A DNA stretch of 63,375 nucleotides, filler included, from Aduncisulcus paluster (lineage: Eukaryota): NCBI GenBank assembly GCA_024181965.1. It is 5 parts of 5 records of this genome, joined end to end, with 100 filler letters (N's around TTAATTAATTAA, not from the genome) between each part and the next. Parts side by side here need not be neighbours in the genome. Positions count along the whole stretch, not along the records: positions 1 to 17,297 come from BQXS01012474.1; 4 more parts are not named here. The stretch is one strand, 5' to 3'. A program made the position numbers and the translations under genes. This document shows, piece after piece, positions 1 through 14,095 of the stretch. The stretch's first letter is position 1. Each line of letters opens with the position of its first letter. The notes beneath the pieces were generated by a model. That model saw nothing but the letters and a program-made list of their open reading frames with translations, made no database searches and was not told where the DNA came from.

Positions 1-3000
1 CACAAGGAGATTGAGGTTTTTGGGTGAGGAAACAATCCCACGATGGGATGCAGCAGCAGAGTGAGACCTTGAAGGAGACTGGGGAGTTGAGCTTGATGAG
101 GAATGCCCAGCAGAGATGATAGATGTTGATCCAATGGAAGGAGAATGAGCGATTGAACCAGATGTCATGCAACTATAGCTGCTTCGTCTCAGTTTACCAA
201 GCTTTTCTTTCATTAATCGACACACTGTATCATCTCCGTTCGCACGAAGAATGTTCATAATATCAACCTTATCCTCTTTCTTCGAGCTCTCTTCACTCAC
301 AGTTAGAGTGCTAAGGTGAGTGTCACTTAATACAGTATCTGGACCTGAGCCTACGTGGAATCCACTAGCAGATTGAGCCATAGGCAGATTAAGATTAGGA
401 CAGAGATGAGTGGACGAGCTGAAAGCAGAAGAAGAGATGGGAAGTCCAGATTGGTTCTGACTTGCATCATGGCATCGTGGAGTAGACGTTGAGGTAGTAA
501 TAAAGGTTGCAGAGGAAGTGCGAGTGGTGCTTGGATTGAATGAACCAGTGATATGTTGGAAGTTGGGTGCAGACGAGGTGACGATATTCTGAGGATTAAT
601 GAGACCTGACGAAGGGTTACTTTTGGGAGAAGCATAGTCACGTGGGGAACGAACTTGGGGAGAACGTACTCGAGGAGAACGAACGCGGGGAGAACGGGTT
701 GAAATAGCGTCAGTTCGATCACCTGCTTCTCTAAGTGATGAAGTAACACCATAATGAGACGCTGGGCGCTTTGTCTTAGGTTTCAAAGAAGTAGTAGAAC
801 GTGGGGTTGATTTGATCTCTCCATGGGGTAAACTAAGACAAACGACTTCGGCTTCATCAACAGCTGAAGAGGATATGTCAGTACTATACTTACTATTGTT
901 CTTTGAATACATATGATGAACGGAAGATTCATACGGTTTTTCAGTTGTAGACCTCACAGAATGGTCAAAATTCTTACTCCTTGAGCATTCATTCAGTCTA
1001 TCAGTCACAGATGCGTGGGAAGAAGAGACAAATTGTTGATACATGCCAGTTTTGTCCGTTCTGTCCATCTCTGATGAATTTGAGGAAGTCAATGATTGAA
1101 TGCGAATCAAGTCAGTACCACCATCAAGAGATGATGTCGTTTCTTCCTCATCCTCTGCAGAATCCATGAATGGTGATGATCTCTTAATCTCGTTTTGTTT
1201 GATCATGGGCGGACGTAATGGGAATACAATGTCGTTTCCCTGTTCAATGTCACTCAATGGAGACACAGATGTAATCAAATGAGGGTGTCCCGATCCGTGA
1301 GAATCGCCAGACACATCGAGGTAACGACTCTTAGGAATAGAGGATGACAGATAGGCATTAATATCGGTCGACGGATGTTTGGGTTTACCATCTTTTTGAT
1401 GGGATTGTTTGTCAGACTTTGGTTTTGAAGTACTGGTCGATTCATCAGTAGATGAACTCACAGATATCTCTTCAATCAATCCAGATTTCTCTTCTTTCCC
1501 ATTATTTGAAATACATCCTAACATATGATCGTCAGATTTGATACCAAGAACTTTTGAAGGCTTTATGAATTTTGACATATTTTCTTCATATGAAGAACGA
1601 GCAGACCGTGTCCTCGCAGGCACTTGCTGAGGTTGAATGAAGCCCAACCGTAACTTCTGGTCGATATCCATCTGACTTGTTCCTGCCTGATGCCGCTGCA
1701 TAACTTCAGCATACACATCCTCTCCACTACGACTCACCCCAGACCCAACACTGACTCCTGAGGAAGTGGATTGTTTCGTGATAGTGTTTGTGTTACACAC
1801 AGTGGTAGTCATCGTTGTCGAAGAAGGAGTGACCGAGGATACATGCTCTGTGTTGGACCTTGGAGAATGTGCGTGAGGGAAAGGGGAATCAACCTGGTGT
1901 TCAAGCAAACGAAGGGCCATCGGATTGGTTGAACCAATGGCTTCAGCAATCAGTGAGGAATCACTGGAGAGTTTGTGGGAAGTAATAGATGATCCATATT
2001 TCTTTTCAAGGTCTTCAGGGATCATTTTCTCACTCACAATGACACTGCTCCGTGAAAGAGACAAGGATCCGGACATCGATTGCTGAGTATTGGAGGTTGA
2101 ACCAATCGCCAGTGCAGGGAACACGGCGGACCCATCTGGGTTAGAGACGGATGATTGAGTTGTTTCCGTGTTTGCAGTGAATGAACGCTCAAAACGAACG
2201 AGAAAATCACGATGCTCGCGGATCTTCTCAAGTTCATCGTCATTGGGCAAGTGTGAAATTGTGGAAGAGCTGTGGCTCCCCTCAATCTCATTATTGATTA
2301 CGGCTTCATCATGTTCTTCAATGATAAGATTACCTTGGGTTATCGAAAACCTGCTCTTGGGCGTTGAATAACTTGTGTCATCAGTACCTTCTCCACTAAT
2401 TGAATTTGGATTGGAGGAACAACCGAAAGGAGCAGTGCCGAGAGAACTCCTTCTTTGTGACAATCCTTTTGTAGTGTCTGAATCAGAGGTCTCAATAAGA
2501 TCAGCATCGCTTCCCATAACAAATGAACTAAATACTGATGACTGCATCCCAGGATATTTCAATGTATTACTCTTGGAATCTTCATAAGCAGACCGCAAGG
2601 GAGGGGCAGCCAAAAATCTGTTATTATTGTTGTTATTCTGAATCCCAGTTGTTGTATCAACCCTTACACCTGGAGCTATCTGTGTTGATGAAGGAATACC
2701 ATCAGCAAGACTCTGAGCATTTGTGTTATTCGTATCGCCTGTAGTAGCTTGTGGATTGGATCTGGGTGAATATTGGAGTGTAGCGAGATCAGGAAAGGTG
2801 TTGTGTCTTTCGGGATGAGGAGCTTTCATTATAAACCCATCTTCATCAATCTTGCCACTACTGGTGTCCATGCTATCGCTATATGATGACTGTAGCTTGG
2901 GTTTTGTCCCATCTCCATCAACAGTGGTATTGTTGCCAGCTCCTGCGGGATACAAATAAGTATTAGAGTTTGACAGAGCCTTGGCATAGCGTTCACACAT

Positions 3001-6000
3001 GCATTCACACTCAGATACAGGGATATTGAGAAGAATCAGCGAAAATATGTGATGGTGAAGGCTCAAAGCCATGAAATCAGGTGAAAAGAATGTCAGAAAC
3101 ACTGAGAAAAGATTAAAAATAAACACACATCCACACAAAACCATCAAACCGATAATAATAATCGCAGAATTCCATTTTTCAAGCCATTCCTCGTCATATT
3201 GAACCATCGAGATGCGGACTAACTTTGAAGAACTTGTTCTAAGATGTGCTAAAATATCAAGAACTGTTTGATCTGAAAGAAAACTTGTTAAATCAACAAT
3301 ATACTCATACTGTTCCTCCTCAGAATCGTCAACAAAGAGATTAAATTCCCAATCTTTATCAACAAAATCGGTGTCAAATGTCGAATAACTTGTCGAATAA
3401 CCTGAAGAAGCAGTCGTGGTGGATGAAGTGGATGTATTTGAGGAAGAAATGGGCTGAATAGACGTAAACATATCCACATATGTTGATAAAAGGTCAAGAA
3501 GACCATCAAGAGTCTGGAACGTGGATTGAGTTGAAGCAAAATGAGTGAAACCATCCAAATATTGTGACACAAACTTCTGTTGGTTCCTTGAACCTCTAGA
3601 TCCATGCTTCTCAACGTTCTCGTTCTCACGAATCATCGAAGAAGGCATCCTACTCGAAGCCAAAGGATGAATTCCCCTTGAAAAGCTTGAAAATTTCTGG
3701 AGAACCGCAGGGAAATTGCCAGTCTCGAAGACATTGACAAATTCAAGGGACAATATTTGTGAAGAAAAGGCTAAACTATCGATAAGATCTGGTAAGTTTC
3801 TTGACAAAACGTTTGCTAAAGTTCTATAAAAATCCATTTCTTCGCTCAATTGTTCAGGAGTAATGTTGAAATTGAAGAAATAATTTTCGCATGTGGCCGG
3901 ATCTACATTCTCATCAACACAGAGGATATTAGCTATAAAATGGGGGTAAAAATTGGGTATAAAGTCTTGAATGGCTTGCATCATCTCGCCTTGAGTCAGA
4001 CCACTCGTAGTAAGAGGAGATTGTGCCATAAATAAAAGCGTTGATGCGATGGAGTGAATGTTTGACAATGAATGAACCAATTGCTTCTCATATAAGATAG
4101 AATCGTCTGTTTCAAAGAAAATCGCTCGAATTGAGAAAATGAGACCACTCATGAGTAATATACAGAATATAATCAAAGCTATATGGATCCAGAGCGTCTT
4201 GCCAGACAACTTGGAGAATCCTCTCGCTTTCGTGAACATAGCAGCCCGGTTATATTGTTTCATGATACGTTTTTGCACAGAGTTTTCAGTGATGGTTTCC
4301 TCAGTCCCATGCAAACACCATCTTATTCCACCTTTGAAGAAGATCAGAATACGGTCCTCAACATTCACACGTTGTTCAACTGTCACATAAGTGCCAAAAG
4401 AGAGATGAGATGGTTGGGAATCTGGGTCAATACGGGCAGATATCGACTGATTGATATCAGCGAACTTTTCAAGATCCTGATTTTCATNNNNNNNNNNNNN
4501 NNNNNNNTAGCAGCCCGGTTATATTGTTTCATGATACGTTTTTGCACAGAGTTTTCAGTGATGGTTTCCTCAGTCCCATGCAAACACCATCTTATTCCAC
4601 CTTTGAAGAAGATCAGAATACGGTCCTCAACATTCACACGTTGTTCAACTGTCACATAAGTGCCAAAAGAGAGATGAGATGGTTGGGAATCTGGGTCAAT
4701 ACGGGCAGATATCGACTGATTGATATCAGTGAACTTTTCAAGATCCTGATTTTCATCCATTTGGTGGATAGCTTCTCCATTGATCCTTGTCGGGATGAGA
4801 GAAGAAGAAGGAAGCATCGAAGAAGATGGTCCAACCTTCTCATTCTGCCAAATTTCAACTTTCTCAGCCTGGAAAATGGAGGAAAGATCAAGATGGGGCA
4901 ACGGTACAGACTCCCCTGTTGATGATCTGTTCTCGGAAGTTCTACTCTCATATTGTTTCTGTTTAAAAGTTTGAATAAGAGAATCATTAGGAGTGGTCGT
5001 CTGAGGAAGCATTTTATCGGAACAAATCGGTTCTGCAGTGTTATCCCCGGAATAAGAAGTGGTGGGCCTTGAATCAGTGTCTCCAGATGTTGATAGTTCG
5101 GCTCTGTTGCTGAAACCACGTGATAATATCCTATCTTTAGTTGTGTCATACAGTGGAACAATGGATTTCTTCTTCAAATCATCAGAAGAAGTGTTACTTT
5201 GGGTAGAAATGGTACATTGGTCAGAGATGTCATCGCCAGTAGTCCTTTCAGCTTTCCTAATAATATCCGGGATAACAATGGAAGGAAATGAGGGAAGTTT
5301 CTCTTCGGATACATAATATTCCTTTGAATCGTTTGAAGAAGATTGATCGCTTAATTCCTGATCAGGATCAACGTCTATTTGTTGAACTTCTTCTCCATCC
5401 AAGATCTCCTTCATTTCTTCAAGATTACCCTGCATGTTTCGATGGCTGAGTTCATCCCACACACGACTCATATCAGCATACTTCAATCCAATTCCACTGT
5501 GTTCACGGTGGAACGCCCGTGGTTTAATACTAGGAATCCTGCTTTGTGGCAACATTGAGTGTGATTGTATGAATGGATTCTGCACAGCAAACCCTCCAGT
5601 ACTAAGTTCATTACTACCACGGGGAGTCGTTCTGTTGCCAGAGCCTCGAGGGGTCGATGTCTTCTTCCCCTTGACAAGACTTTTCTTTGTAAGAGAAGGC
5701 GAAGAACTTGTGTTCTGCCCCCTCTGAGAAGATGTCTTGGATTGTGTAGTGAGTGAAGATAGACTCTGGGTTGATATAGTTCCAGTGTATGAGGAAGGAG
5801 TCCGACTCGCCCGGTCACTCATCTCGCTTCCATGAGCATTCTGAGTGGCACTCGACGTTTGTGTGCTTAAGGTACTGATCGTTTGACTAGGAATTGTTCC
5901 ACTGTGACTGACAGAATTCATAGGGTTATTAAGATTATGGGTGTCAGACGAAGAGGGATGAATTATTTCATGTATCCTATCTGTAGAAGAATCTATGGAA

Positions 6001-9000
6001 CGACTAGAGAGTTGTTGTTGCTGTTTCAAACGATTCTTCTTGTCATAATGACGCTTCTTTTGAACACCGTATGAGAAGGATGACGGGAAGAGATAATTCC
6101 GTTCAAATGGATTCCGAGCACCCAAAGAACCAGACACGACAGAAGACTGTTGAGTAAGGGTTCGAGTGGAAGAGGTAGAAGCAGCAAGACTTTGTGATGA
6201 AGTTGTCAGATTCATTCCAACACCTGCTTGTGGTTTGATGCGAGAGGAAGAACGCACAGGTGGATGGGGTTCAGAATTTGAAATGGAAAACAATTCCTCA
6301 CTTGGCACTGCAGACATTTGTGATGAAAGCTCACTCGAAGCAGAATCCTCCACATCATCACCAGAATCAATATTCTCCTTGACATGTACTAAAAATAGAG
6401 ACAAAACTGAGGAAAAATGAATATCATTCATTACAATATGAGAAAAATCACGAAGCTCCATCATTAATTGATGGATTAACTTCCCGTCCTCAATCTCCGA
6501 AAATAGATTTGAGAATCTATTGGCATTTGAAATAATATGTTTTGTAATCTCAATCTGTGTTGACAGTAAGAATAAAGAAGGAGAGGAAGCCAACAGAGAT
6601 CCAACGGTCTGAGATTTCTTCATATCACCCACAAGAGCGTCTTTTACACCACTAGCCCGCTTATCAACAGGACTGAAGGTCTCAAACTCCTTGGAATGAT
6701 TCCAGATATCTCCTCTGTTCCGTATCTTCCTCCACAATACACTAAGCCACCATAAAATACTCTCCTGAGTCTCCCGTTCTGCATGGGTGACTTCAGTTTC
6801 AAGGGGATCGGACTGATTAAGAGAGGATCCTTGGTTTGAAATGGAGGTAGTAGTGGTTAACATGCCAATAGTCGATGACGATAGATAGTTATTGGTCTGA
6901 GTAGTAATTGGATTGATTGTGGATGAAGATTTATGTCGCATCGTTGATTGTGTGCTACTGGTCTTCAATCCTTCAGGTTGAATGACCAAATTCTTCCTGT
7001 TTTCTTCACGCTTTTTGATCTGAATCTTTTCAAACATTCTCAATAAACTTGGGTAGAAAAACTGTTCATTTCCAGCCGACATGGCAAGAAGATCCCTGAT
7101 TTCAATGTAATCGGGGTAATGTTCACCTCGAATCATAAGCAAATAGCGTTCAGCAGTCACTTTCATGAAGGTACTATTAGGAAATAAGAGGAGACCGATA
7201 TTAATGACATCCTCAACGAGTTTTACATCTTCGTCCGAGCAACTTTCAAGGAGAAAACGACAGAATATATCAATATCGAACACTGAAGTAAAATAATTGC
7301 CCCAAAATGACAAAGTTTTCATGAATAATTCCGTATTTACATCATCTTCAATCATATTAAGAGATGAATTTCCACACCGAAGTGGAATATGAAACCGATA
7401 TTCGGGAATATTTTTGTTACAACTGCATTGTCTAATTTTGGGATACATAATATTTGATTTCTTTCCATTATTCGAACTGTTACTACTATTTTTAGAACTA
7501 GATCTTGAGGTATCACCTATTTGAGCACGTTGTTGTTCACTTTCAGTCGTGATGTTTCCTGATGTGCCTTGAAGCTGGGACACACGGCGAGGAGTTGAAG
7601 AGGAAAGGGACCTGGCCATTGCTGTTGTACGTGCAGAGTGGTATTTCCTTTGACTTTGAACATGTGAACCAAAACTCGATTGTCTAGACATTGCAGGCAC
7701 CCTAGCAGAGTGGGGATGGGGATGGGTATTGTGTTGGTTGTTATTACTTGAGGGGTTTAAAGGGGGTCTTCCTGAGAAAGAAAAGGAATCGACTTTCCTC
7801 ATCCTTGCGGAAGAAGGTTGTTTTTGTTGTTCTCCAAAGTAAGTCTCCTTGAGGATTCGTTCCATTTCGAGGGGCATCAAATCCACATATTCCTCGTCAC
7901 TCTCTCCATCTTTCTGTGCTTGGACAGATTGACTATGAATCTTACGTTTGAGGCTCGAGTGTGCTCTTTTCTTTGCTCTACTCCCAGTGAACTTAATATC
8001 ATCCCATTCAACTGCAAATTCATCAAGATCGGCTTCAATGTGACGCATGTTTCGTTCATGAGACGCGTTTTTGCTATTACAAATGTTCCTCCATCCAACA
8101 CCGAGTCTCCTCCAGAGCATTAAACCATCCAAAAACTCTTTGAATCTCCTCTCAGTGATTTTGGATGAGGAGATACTGACGACGTCCATTCCATTGAGTG
8201 GGTAGAACTCACTCAAACTCACAGAACTCATGGCTGTATGGGGAGTCGTAGAAACAACATAAAACCCACCTTCAGAATAGTAATCTCCTCCACCCAAAGA
8301 AATGCCTCCAGTTGTTGTGGTAGTTGGCTGAGAGCTCAAAACACCTCTTTTGGAAGTTGACATGCATATTCCTTCGACACTAATTGATGGCATAGCGCAT
8401 GAAAAGGTAGAAGAAGCAGGGTTTGTAAGACTGTAGGTCTTATCTGTTTTGTCACTGGCTGTGGCCTTCGTGGTATGGTTAGTGCTCGTGGTTGTTGGCC
8501 CGGTTGTGATGGTCAGTGTGGTGTTACTGGTGCTCACTGATGGAGGTTGTCTTGGAACAGATGAGGTTGGCATACGATGAGAATGGTTGAATCCACCAGC
8601 GTTCCAGCTACTAATTCCACTTATCGAGGAGATTGTTGGCTTTGAGATCATAGTTGTGGTCATGTTAGGTCTGGATGACTTCTTCTTTCGTTTATATAGC
8701 CCGTACAATGGTGATCTGACAGAGGGAATACTCACAGTGCTGTGCGAGTACGATTGGATTGAATGGCCTGTCGTCGAAGAACTTCTCTCGCCGTGGGTGT
8801 GAGACGAGTGATGCGTAGTTGACACGCTTGTGGCTCTTGAACCCCTTGTGTGCCCCTTGCTGGCTTTGATATCTGATCCACTGGACTGGTAGGGCAGCGA
8901 TGCAGATGTCAATGGGAATGGTGAAGAGTGAGTTATAGTTGGAGATAGAGAAGCAAGAGCAACTTCAGTTCCTTCTCGCTTCCTTTGAATGTTATCATAA

Positions 9001-12000
9001 TATCGATCCTTGAAAGTCCTTGACAACGAATGGGTCAAAGATGCAAACTTGCCCTCCACATGACCTGTGGATGAAGTCGTGGTCTCGGTTAAGGAGTCAT
9101 GATCAACAGATTCACCGCCTGAAACCGAAGCAACCGGCACTGGAAGTTTCTCAGGGGAAAGAGGAGGAGCAACTCCAAGACCACCATCCTCATCTTCCTC
9201 TGCCCATGTTTTCTCCTTTTTATGTTCTGCAATGGCTGGTAACGATTGAATAAAGTGTGAATTTCCAGAATATGTTGTCAGACCATGTTGTTGGACACCT
9301 TTTAATTCGGAAACACTTCCTTTCCTCTTCCCACTCCCACTGCTATTATATTTAGAAGCTGACCCAGAACCTGAATACATGTGCATCTTATTAGTATTCT
9401 TACAACTATCACCTCTGAGGAATTCTCTCTTAGCCTTCTTACGACTACTATCAGAGCCTGAACCACTACAGCAACAAGAGCACAATCCGTATACACAACA
9501 CATACTTCTTCCACTGGTTGAGCCACTTCGACGACAAGTCTTCCTCCTCTCTTCTTCGGATTCTTCTTGATGATTACCATGACGCAGTGACTCAAGATCT
9601 TTTGAGGAATGGGAGGAAGAAGCCAAAGGTTGCGTACGACCATACGTGGACTTCTTTCCTTTCTTCCCTATCTTCTCAAAGGATGAGCAAACGTGTGAGG
9701 AAATAAGGGAGGAGAGATATGAAGAAGAAGAAGAAGAGGAGGAAGAATTGGTGTGAGAATCAGCAAAATCAGAGTCAGAGCGTTCGCTTGAACAAGATAA
9801 TGTTGACATTGATACATATGATCCCTGACCCTCTCTTCTTGCTTTCATTTGTCTTGCCCTGCTCTTCTTCNNNNNNNNNNNNNNNNNNNNATGAGCAAAC
9901 GTGTGAGGAAATAAGGGAGGAGAGATATGAAGAAGAAGAAGAAGAGGAGGAAGAATTGGTGTGAGAATCAGCAAAATCAGAGTCAGAGCGTTCGCTTGAA
10001 CAAGATAATGTTGACATTGATACATATGATCCCTGACCCTCTCTTCTTGCTTTCATTTGTCTTGCCCTGCTCTTCTTCTTCTTCTTGCGTTCTCTCTTGC
10101 GTTCTGCTTTCGTCAATTGTCTATTTTTAGCATGCTGACCGGAGCCAGTTGATCCTCCAAAACTATGAATAATGTGGAAAAAGGGAGAGTGAATATGAGA
10201 AAAAACGGAGTGCAAGCATAGTGCAAGGAGAGGAAGTACAAGGAATGAAAAGATAATGGGACCGAATGTGCACACGCCTTTCAAAAGAACGTGTATTGAA
10301 TCATCAGAATCTCCATCGTCATCATCAAATGTTCTAAATATAGTAGATTGAGAAGAAGAAAGTGATGTTGATTCGGCGGTACTAGTTGTTAAGGATACGA
10401 ACGAAGAGACGTCTGGAACATCGTCCAAGAAAGAAGGGGATGAAATATTCATCAGGTTATAAAACAATCCTTTTGTGAAAAGCGTTCTGCTCCCCAAATA
10501 CAGAAACATATCAGTAAATGGAAGATTGTTGAATGATGAGGATATATTAATGATAGTTGATGATATCAACATTCCGGGCATACAAGCAAACATCCAAATG
10601 AACGGTTTGTTCGTTTGATGGAGGTAAAAGGGGGGGAATCGAACGACCATGAACAGTAATACAAGGCCTATTTCACTCAGCACAAGAGTCAAAAGGGGGT
10701 ACGGCTCTTCACTCCAGACGATATCCTCGTTTCTGGAAGACAATGAACAGACTGTCTTGACTTTGACACCTTCGAAGAGGTACAAACAGCATATGACAAG
10801 GACATAGACCATTCCACTGAAATGCCAGAAAGGATGAGCCATTGAATAGTCCTGGGTGGATATTGAATCAGAATAGGATAGAACGATGTACAGACCAACG
10901 ATAATAATGAAAATGGCAAGAAAGATTGTAGAAAGAATAGTATAACTTATCGACCACAGTGAAGTTTGAGAAAGAGAGACTGATGAAAGCGTTGAAGAAT
11001 CTGGTGAAGAAGATGAAGAAGAATCTGATGATGATATTGACGAATAGAAAGAGGAAGAGGAAGAGGAAGAAGAAGAGGAAGAAGAAGAGGAAGAGGAAGA
11101 AGAAGAGGAAGAATGCTGATGTTGTTGGATATATTGAGATTCCTGAATTAAAGAAGTCACTGTTGGTGAACCTATAATGTCTGATGATACTGTTGTATTA
11201 TATTTGACACGATAACTATAATCATCATTATTTTCATAATCTGCTTCCCGCTGAATATCTTCAAGAGGAAAAGAAGAATTTTTCATATATTTAATATTAT
11301 TATTATTATTTTGATACGAGTTCCTATAAAGCTGATATTGTTGGATATATTGGGAACAAGAAGGAGTTTTACATTCAAATCCCATTGAGTCGCTATCATT
11401 TTGAGCATTTTTGGGAGATTTGTTCACGATTATTGAGGAATTGGATTGAAAGTCAGAATGAGTTGAAAGAGCAGTATTATCCTCCATTATAGGGAAATAA
11501 ACTGAAGAATGTGGCGATAGATCAATTGAACTGATGGATGAAACGCTATTGATATCAGTAAAAGCCAGGGAAGTTGACCAATCAGTATCAACAATGATAT
11601 CGGTATCTAAACTTGAATAACACAAAGTAACTTCACTACCTTTGACTGTAAAATTTGAAAAAAGTGAAAAATCTTCATCAAATATAGTAAAAATGAGAGG
11701 CTGGGCAAGACAGCAAATAGCGGGAATGAAAAGAATTTTCAGGCTGAAATGAACAAAATTAGATGATATAATTTTGGCTTTTTTGCTGATTAGGGATGAA
11801 TTTCCAACGGATTGAAACAGAAAAACCAAAAAGACCCATACAACGAGAAAAATAAAAAGAGTAGTGAATCCAAAAGAAAGATTTCTTGGAACAAATACAA
11901 TTGATGCAAATACTGAAGTTATTGACTCAAATACTCCTCCAAATCCAAGAGGAAAGCTCAAGATGACAGAAATTAGTTCTAAAGAGAGATAGAACAAAAT

Positions 12001-12201
12001 AGGTGCACATAAGATTCCTAATTCCAATAAAATGTGTAATATTGAAGAAGAATAAAACATACGAATAGAAAAAATAACGTTGGATATGGATATAAGTCGG
12101 ATATCGACTAATGGTGGTAAATGGGAGAAATAATTAATTAGTTTCCAAATGAAACCGTTTCTTATATTACTAATATTCGTTAATGTTGATGGTTTCCCCA
12201 T
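1..12201 (-). CDS. Giant multi-pass membrane protein, TmcB/TmcC-like (3'-partial, >3,800 aa after collapsing gap duplications)
   Basis: ORFs 9775..12201 and 4383..10025 join across a 20-N gap whose flanks are duplicated. I translated the minus strand past the 4488-4507 gap (KQYNRAAMFTKARGFSKLSGKTLWIHIALIIFCILLMSGLIF...EKWNSAIIIIGLMVLCGCVFIFNLFSVFLTFF...) and found no stop down to about 1980. The ORF track omits this frame, which fits it running off the window end. N-terminal TM cluster with RFPPFYLHQTN, a helical EDVINIGLLLFPNSTFMKVTAERYLLMI segment and later TM pairs resemble TmcB/TmcC architecture (family call from recall). Confidence 0.7.
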
Positions 12202-12544
12202 ATTTGGTTGGCAAAACGCTCCTATGTCTCGGCGCCTTATTTATAAATTATATAAATACAAGATATTATGATTTAAGTTCCCAATTATATAGTATTCGAT
12301 AAAAAATATTTATTTATTTCTGTATTTCATGATGAACACGGGGCAGGGAAAATGAGTTAGGAATTAATCTAAATGAAGCAAATTATTTTATAATATAAAA
12401 AGTTCACAGCAAAATAAATTTATCCAAATTCAATTCATGGGAAAAATGTGATTGCCAATCTGGCAGTGCCAGTGGCACTGTGCCACGCTATGGGTTAACG
12501 TTGAATTACAAAGAATAATGATAATATTTCGATTGAGATTATTG

Positions 12545-13291
12545 TTATAAACTCTCCTCTTTCTCTTCTTCTTCACATTGTTCAGCAAGGAAGGCGATTG
12601 AATTTATGAGATATTGCATGATTTCCCCTCTTTCTCTATCAATCAGAGAGCTCAAGGGTCCAATCCTGGCCTTCGATTGTGGCCCTTCATCTTTCGACAT
12701 ATGAATACAGACTTTAAGAATCGGTTTTGAGCTTGAAATTGATTTTCCTTCTCCTTCTCTCTCAGAAGGAATAGTGGAATCGGAAGAAATGGAAAGAGGG
12801 AAACTTGGTGGCGGTGGCAACGAGGGAGGTGGCGGTGGCAACGAGGGAGGAGGAGGAGGGATTTCGGTAGAATCAATCGAAATCATACTGTCCTTCTTCA
12901 AATCATCAGAGGTATCAAGGGATTCATGAGAGGATATTATCGGATTAGGAGATTTTTCTGTTGTGTCTAACTGTTTCAACTCGATTTCATCTATTTCTGG
13001 TAATATAAAAGATGTTTGAAAGGGTTTTCCCTGAGGGTCAACATAACATATTTTTCCTTTCATTTGTTCCGCTTTCTCCCTTTTTTTTCGTTGGGATTCA
13101 ATTTTTATCTGGATATTTTTACGAGATGGGAATTTTCGTCTCCTCTCTTGATTCCAATGCAATATGTCTTCTCTGCTGCGTAATTTTGGAATTAAATGGG
13201 TAAAATCTTGCCATCCTACATCTTGAGCAGTTCTTCTCTTATATCCTCCCATAAAAAAGGATCCTAAGACGCCCAAATGGGTTGAATTCAT
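12545..13291 (-). CDS. NUFIP1: NUFIP1/Rsa1-like box C/D snoRNP assembly factor (start may be ATG at 13252)
   Basis: EDILHWNQERRRKFPSRKNI matches the NUFIP1/Rsa1 PEP motif (EEIxxWREERRKNYPT); C-terminal LIDRERGEIMQYLINSIAFL resembles the conserved C-terminal helix; proline-rich linker. Confidence 0.7.
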   Translation of the reverse strand: MNSTHLGVLGSFFMGGYKRRTAQDVGWQDFTHLIPKLRSREDILHWNQERRRKFPSRKNIQIKIESQRKKREKAEQMKGKICYVDPQGKPFQTSFILPEIDEIELKQLDTTEKSPNPIISSHESLDTSDDLKKDSMISIDSTEIPPPPPSLPPPPPSLPPPPSFPLSISSDSTIPSEREGEGKSISSSKPILKVCIHMSKDEGPQSKARIGPLSSLIDRERGEIMQYLINSIAFLAEQCEEEEKEESL

Positions 13292-13525
13292 CCCTCAGCC
13301 CTAGGGCAAAAACAATATTTTGTAGATTGAAATAATTATAAATGTTCATGTATATAAATTCAATATTTGATATTGAAGAGGTATTTAAATGCAGAATACC
13401 ACAGAAAATGTTTTTGCCCCTCTAATCCAACATTCTCAGAACCTTTACCTTATTATTTACATTTAAAATAGTTGTTAAAAAGAATTCTACCATATTTATC
13501 CATTATAATATAATTTTTCTCTTGA

Positions 13526-14095
13526 ATGGATTTTTTCAGCCATAATCACGATATATTATCATATGCAATAATTGAAGGGCATAACGTTATTGAAGCACGT
13601 GGATTTTTCGCAAGTAAGAAAGCTGCATCATTATTGTTTACCCATATTACAGATTTTACTGTCCCAACCATATGCGCAATGACTGATGAAAGTGATGACT
13701 TTGTTGTTATGTCAAGATTTCGATGGAAATTCAAATACCCACGATATATTCAATCAATTATGAGCATGTCTGAATTTGCTGCTGTGTATTCGAAATCTAG
13801 ATTTAAATCCACTTTGAGTTTATGGGATATATTTCAATGTGATTTGAGTGATATTGAAGATAAAGTTGGAGAAATTTCTGATATAGATGACCTTCTTGAA
13901 CCTGAGAGAGTGGTAGATATGAAAGGGAAAGTGTTTTATTTCATTAAAACTTTGAAATCGAGGATTAATCTGTGGATAAGTGGAGATCTTGAGTGTGGTA
14001 TCATTGTTCTCGATATGTCTTTTGTAAAATGTGCATTTTTGATAAGGTCTGGGAAAATGACGTCCTTCACTCGAATGTTAGATATATTACTGTGA
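13526..14095 (+). CDS. Hypothetical protein, 189 aa
   Basis: ATG-initiated ORF after an AT-rich intergenic stretch, globular composition, no motif recognised. Confidence 0.55.
   Translation: MDFFSHNHDILSYAIIEGHNVIEARGFFASKKAASLLFTHITDFTVPTICAMTDESDDFVVMSRFRWKFKYPRYIQSIMSMSEFAAVYSKSRFKSTLSLWDIFQCDLSDIEDKVGEISDIDDLLEPERVVDMKGKVFYFIKTLKSRINLWISGDLECGIIVLDMSFVKCAFLIRSGKMTSFTRMLDILL

Noticed and set aside
4239..4756. Direct repeats flanking 20-N gaps (also at 9871, 15642, 25513, 31457, 41213, 49265, 58595)
   Set aside because: Near-identical 200-360-bp copies on either side of fixed-length gaps are unmerged contig overlaps, not biological duplications. One substitution (4461 vs 4730) may be allelic or an error.
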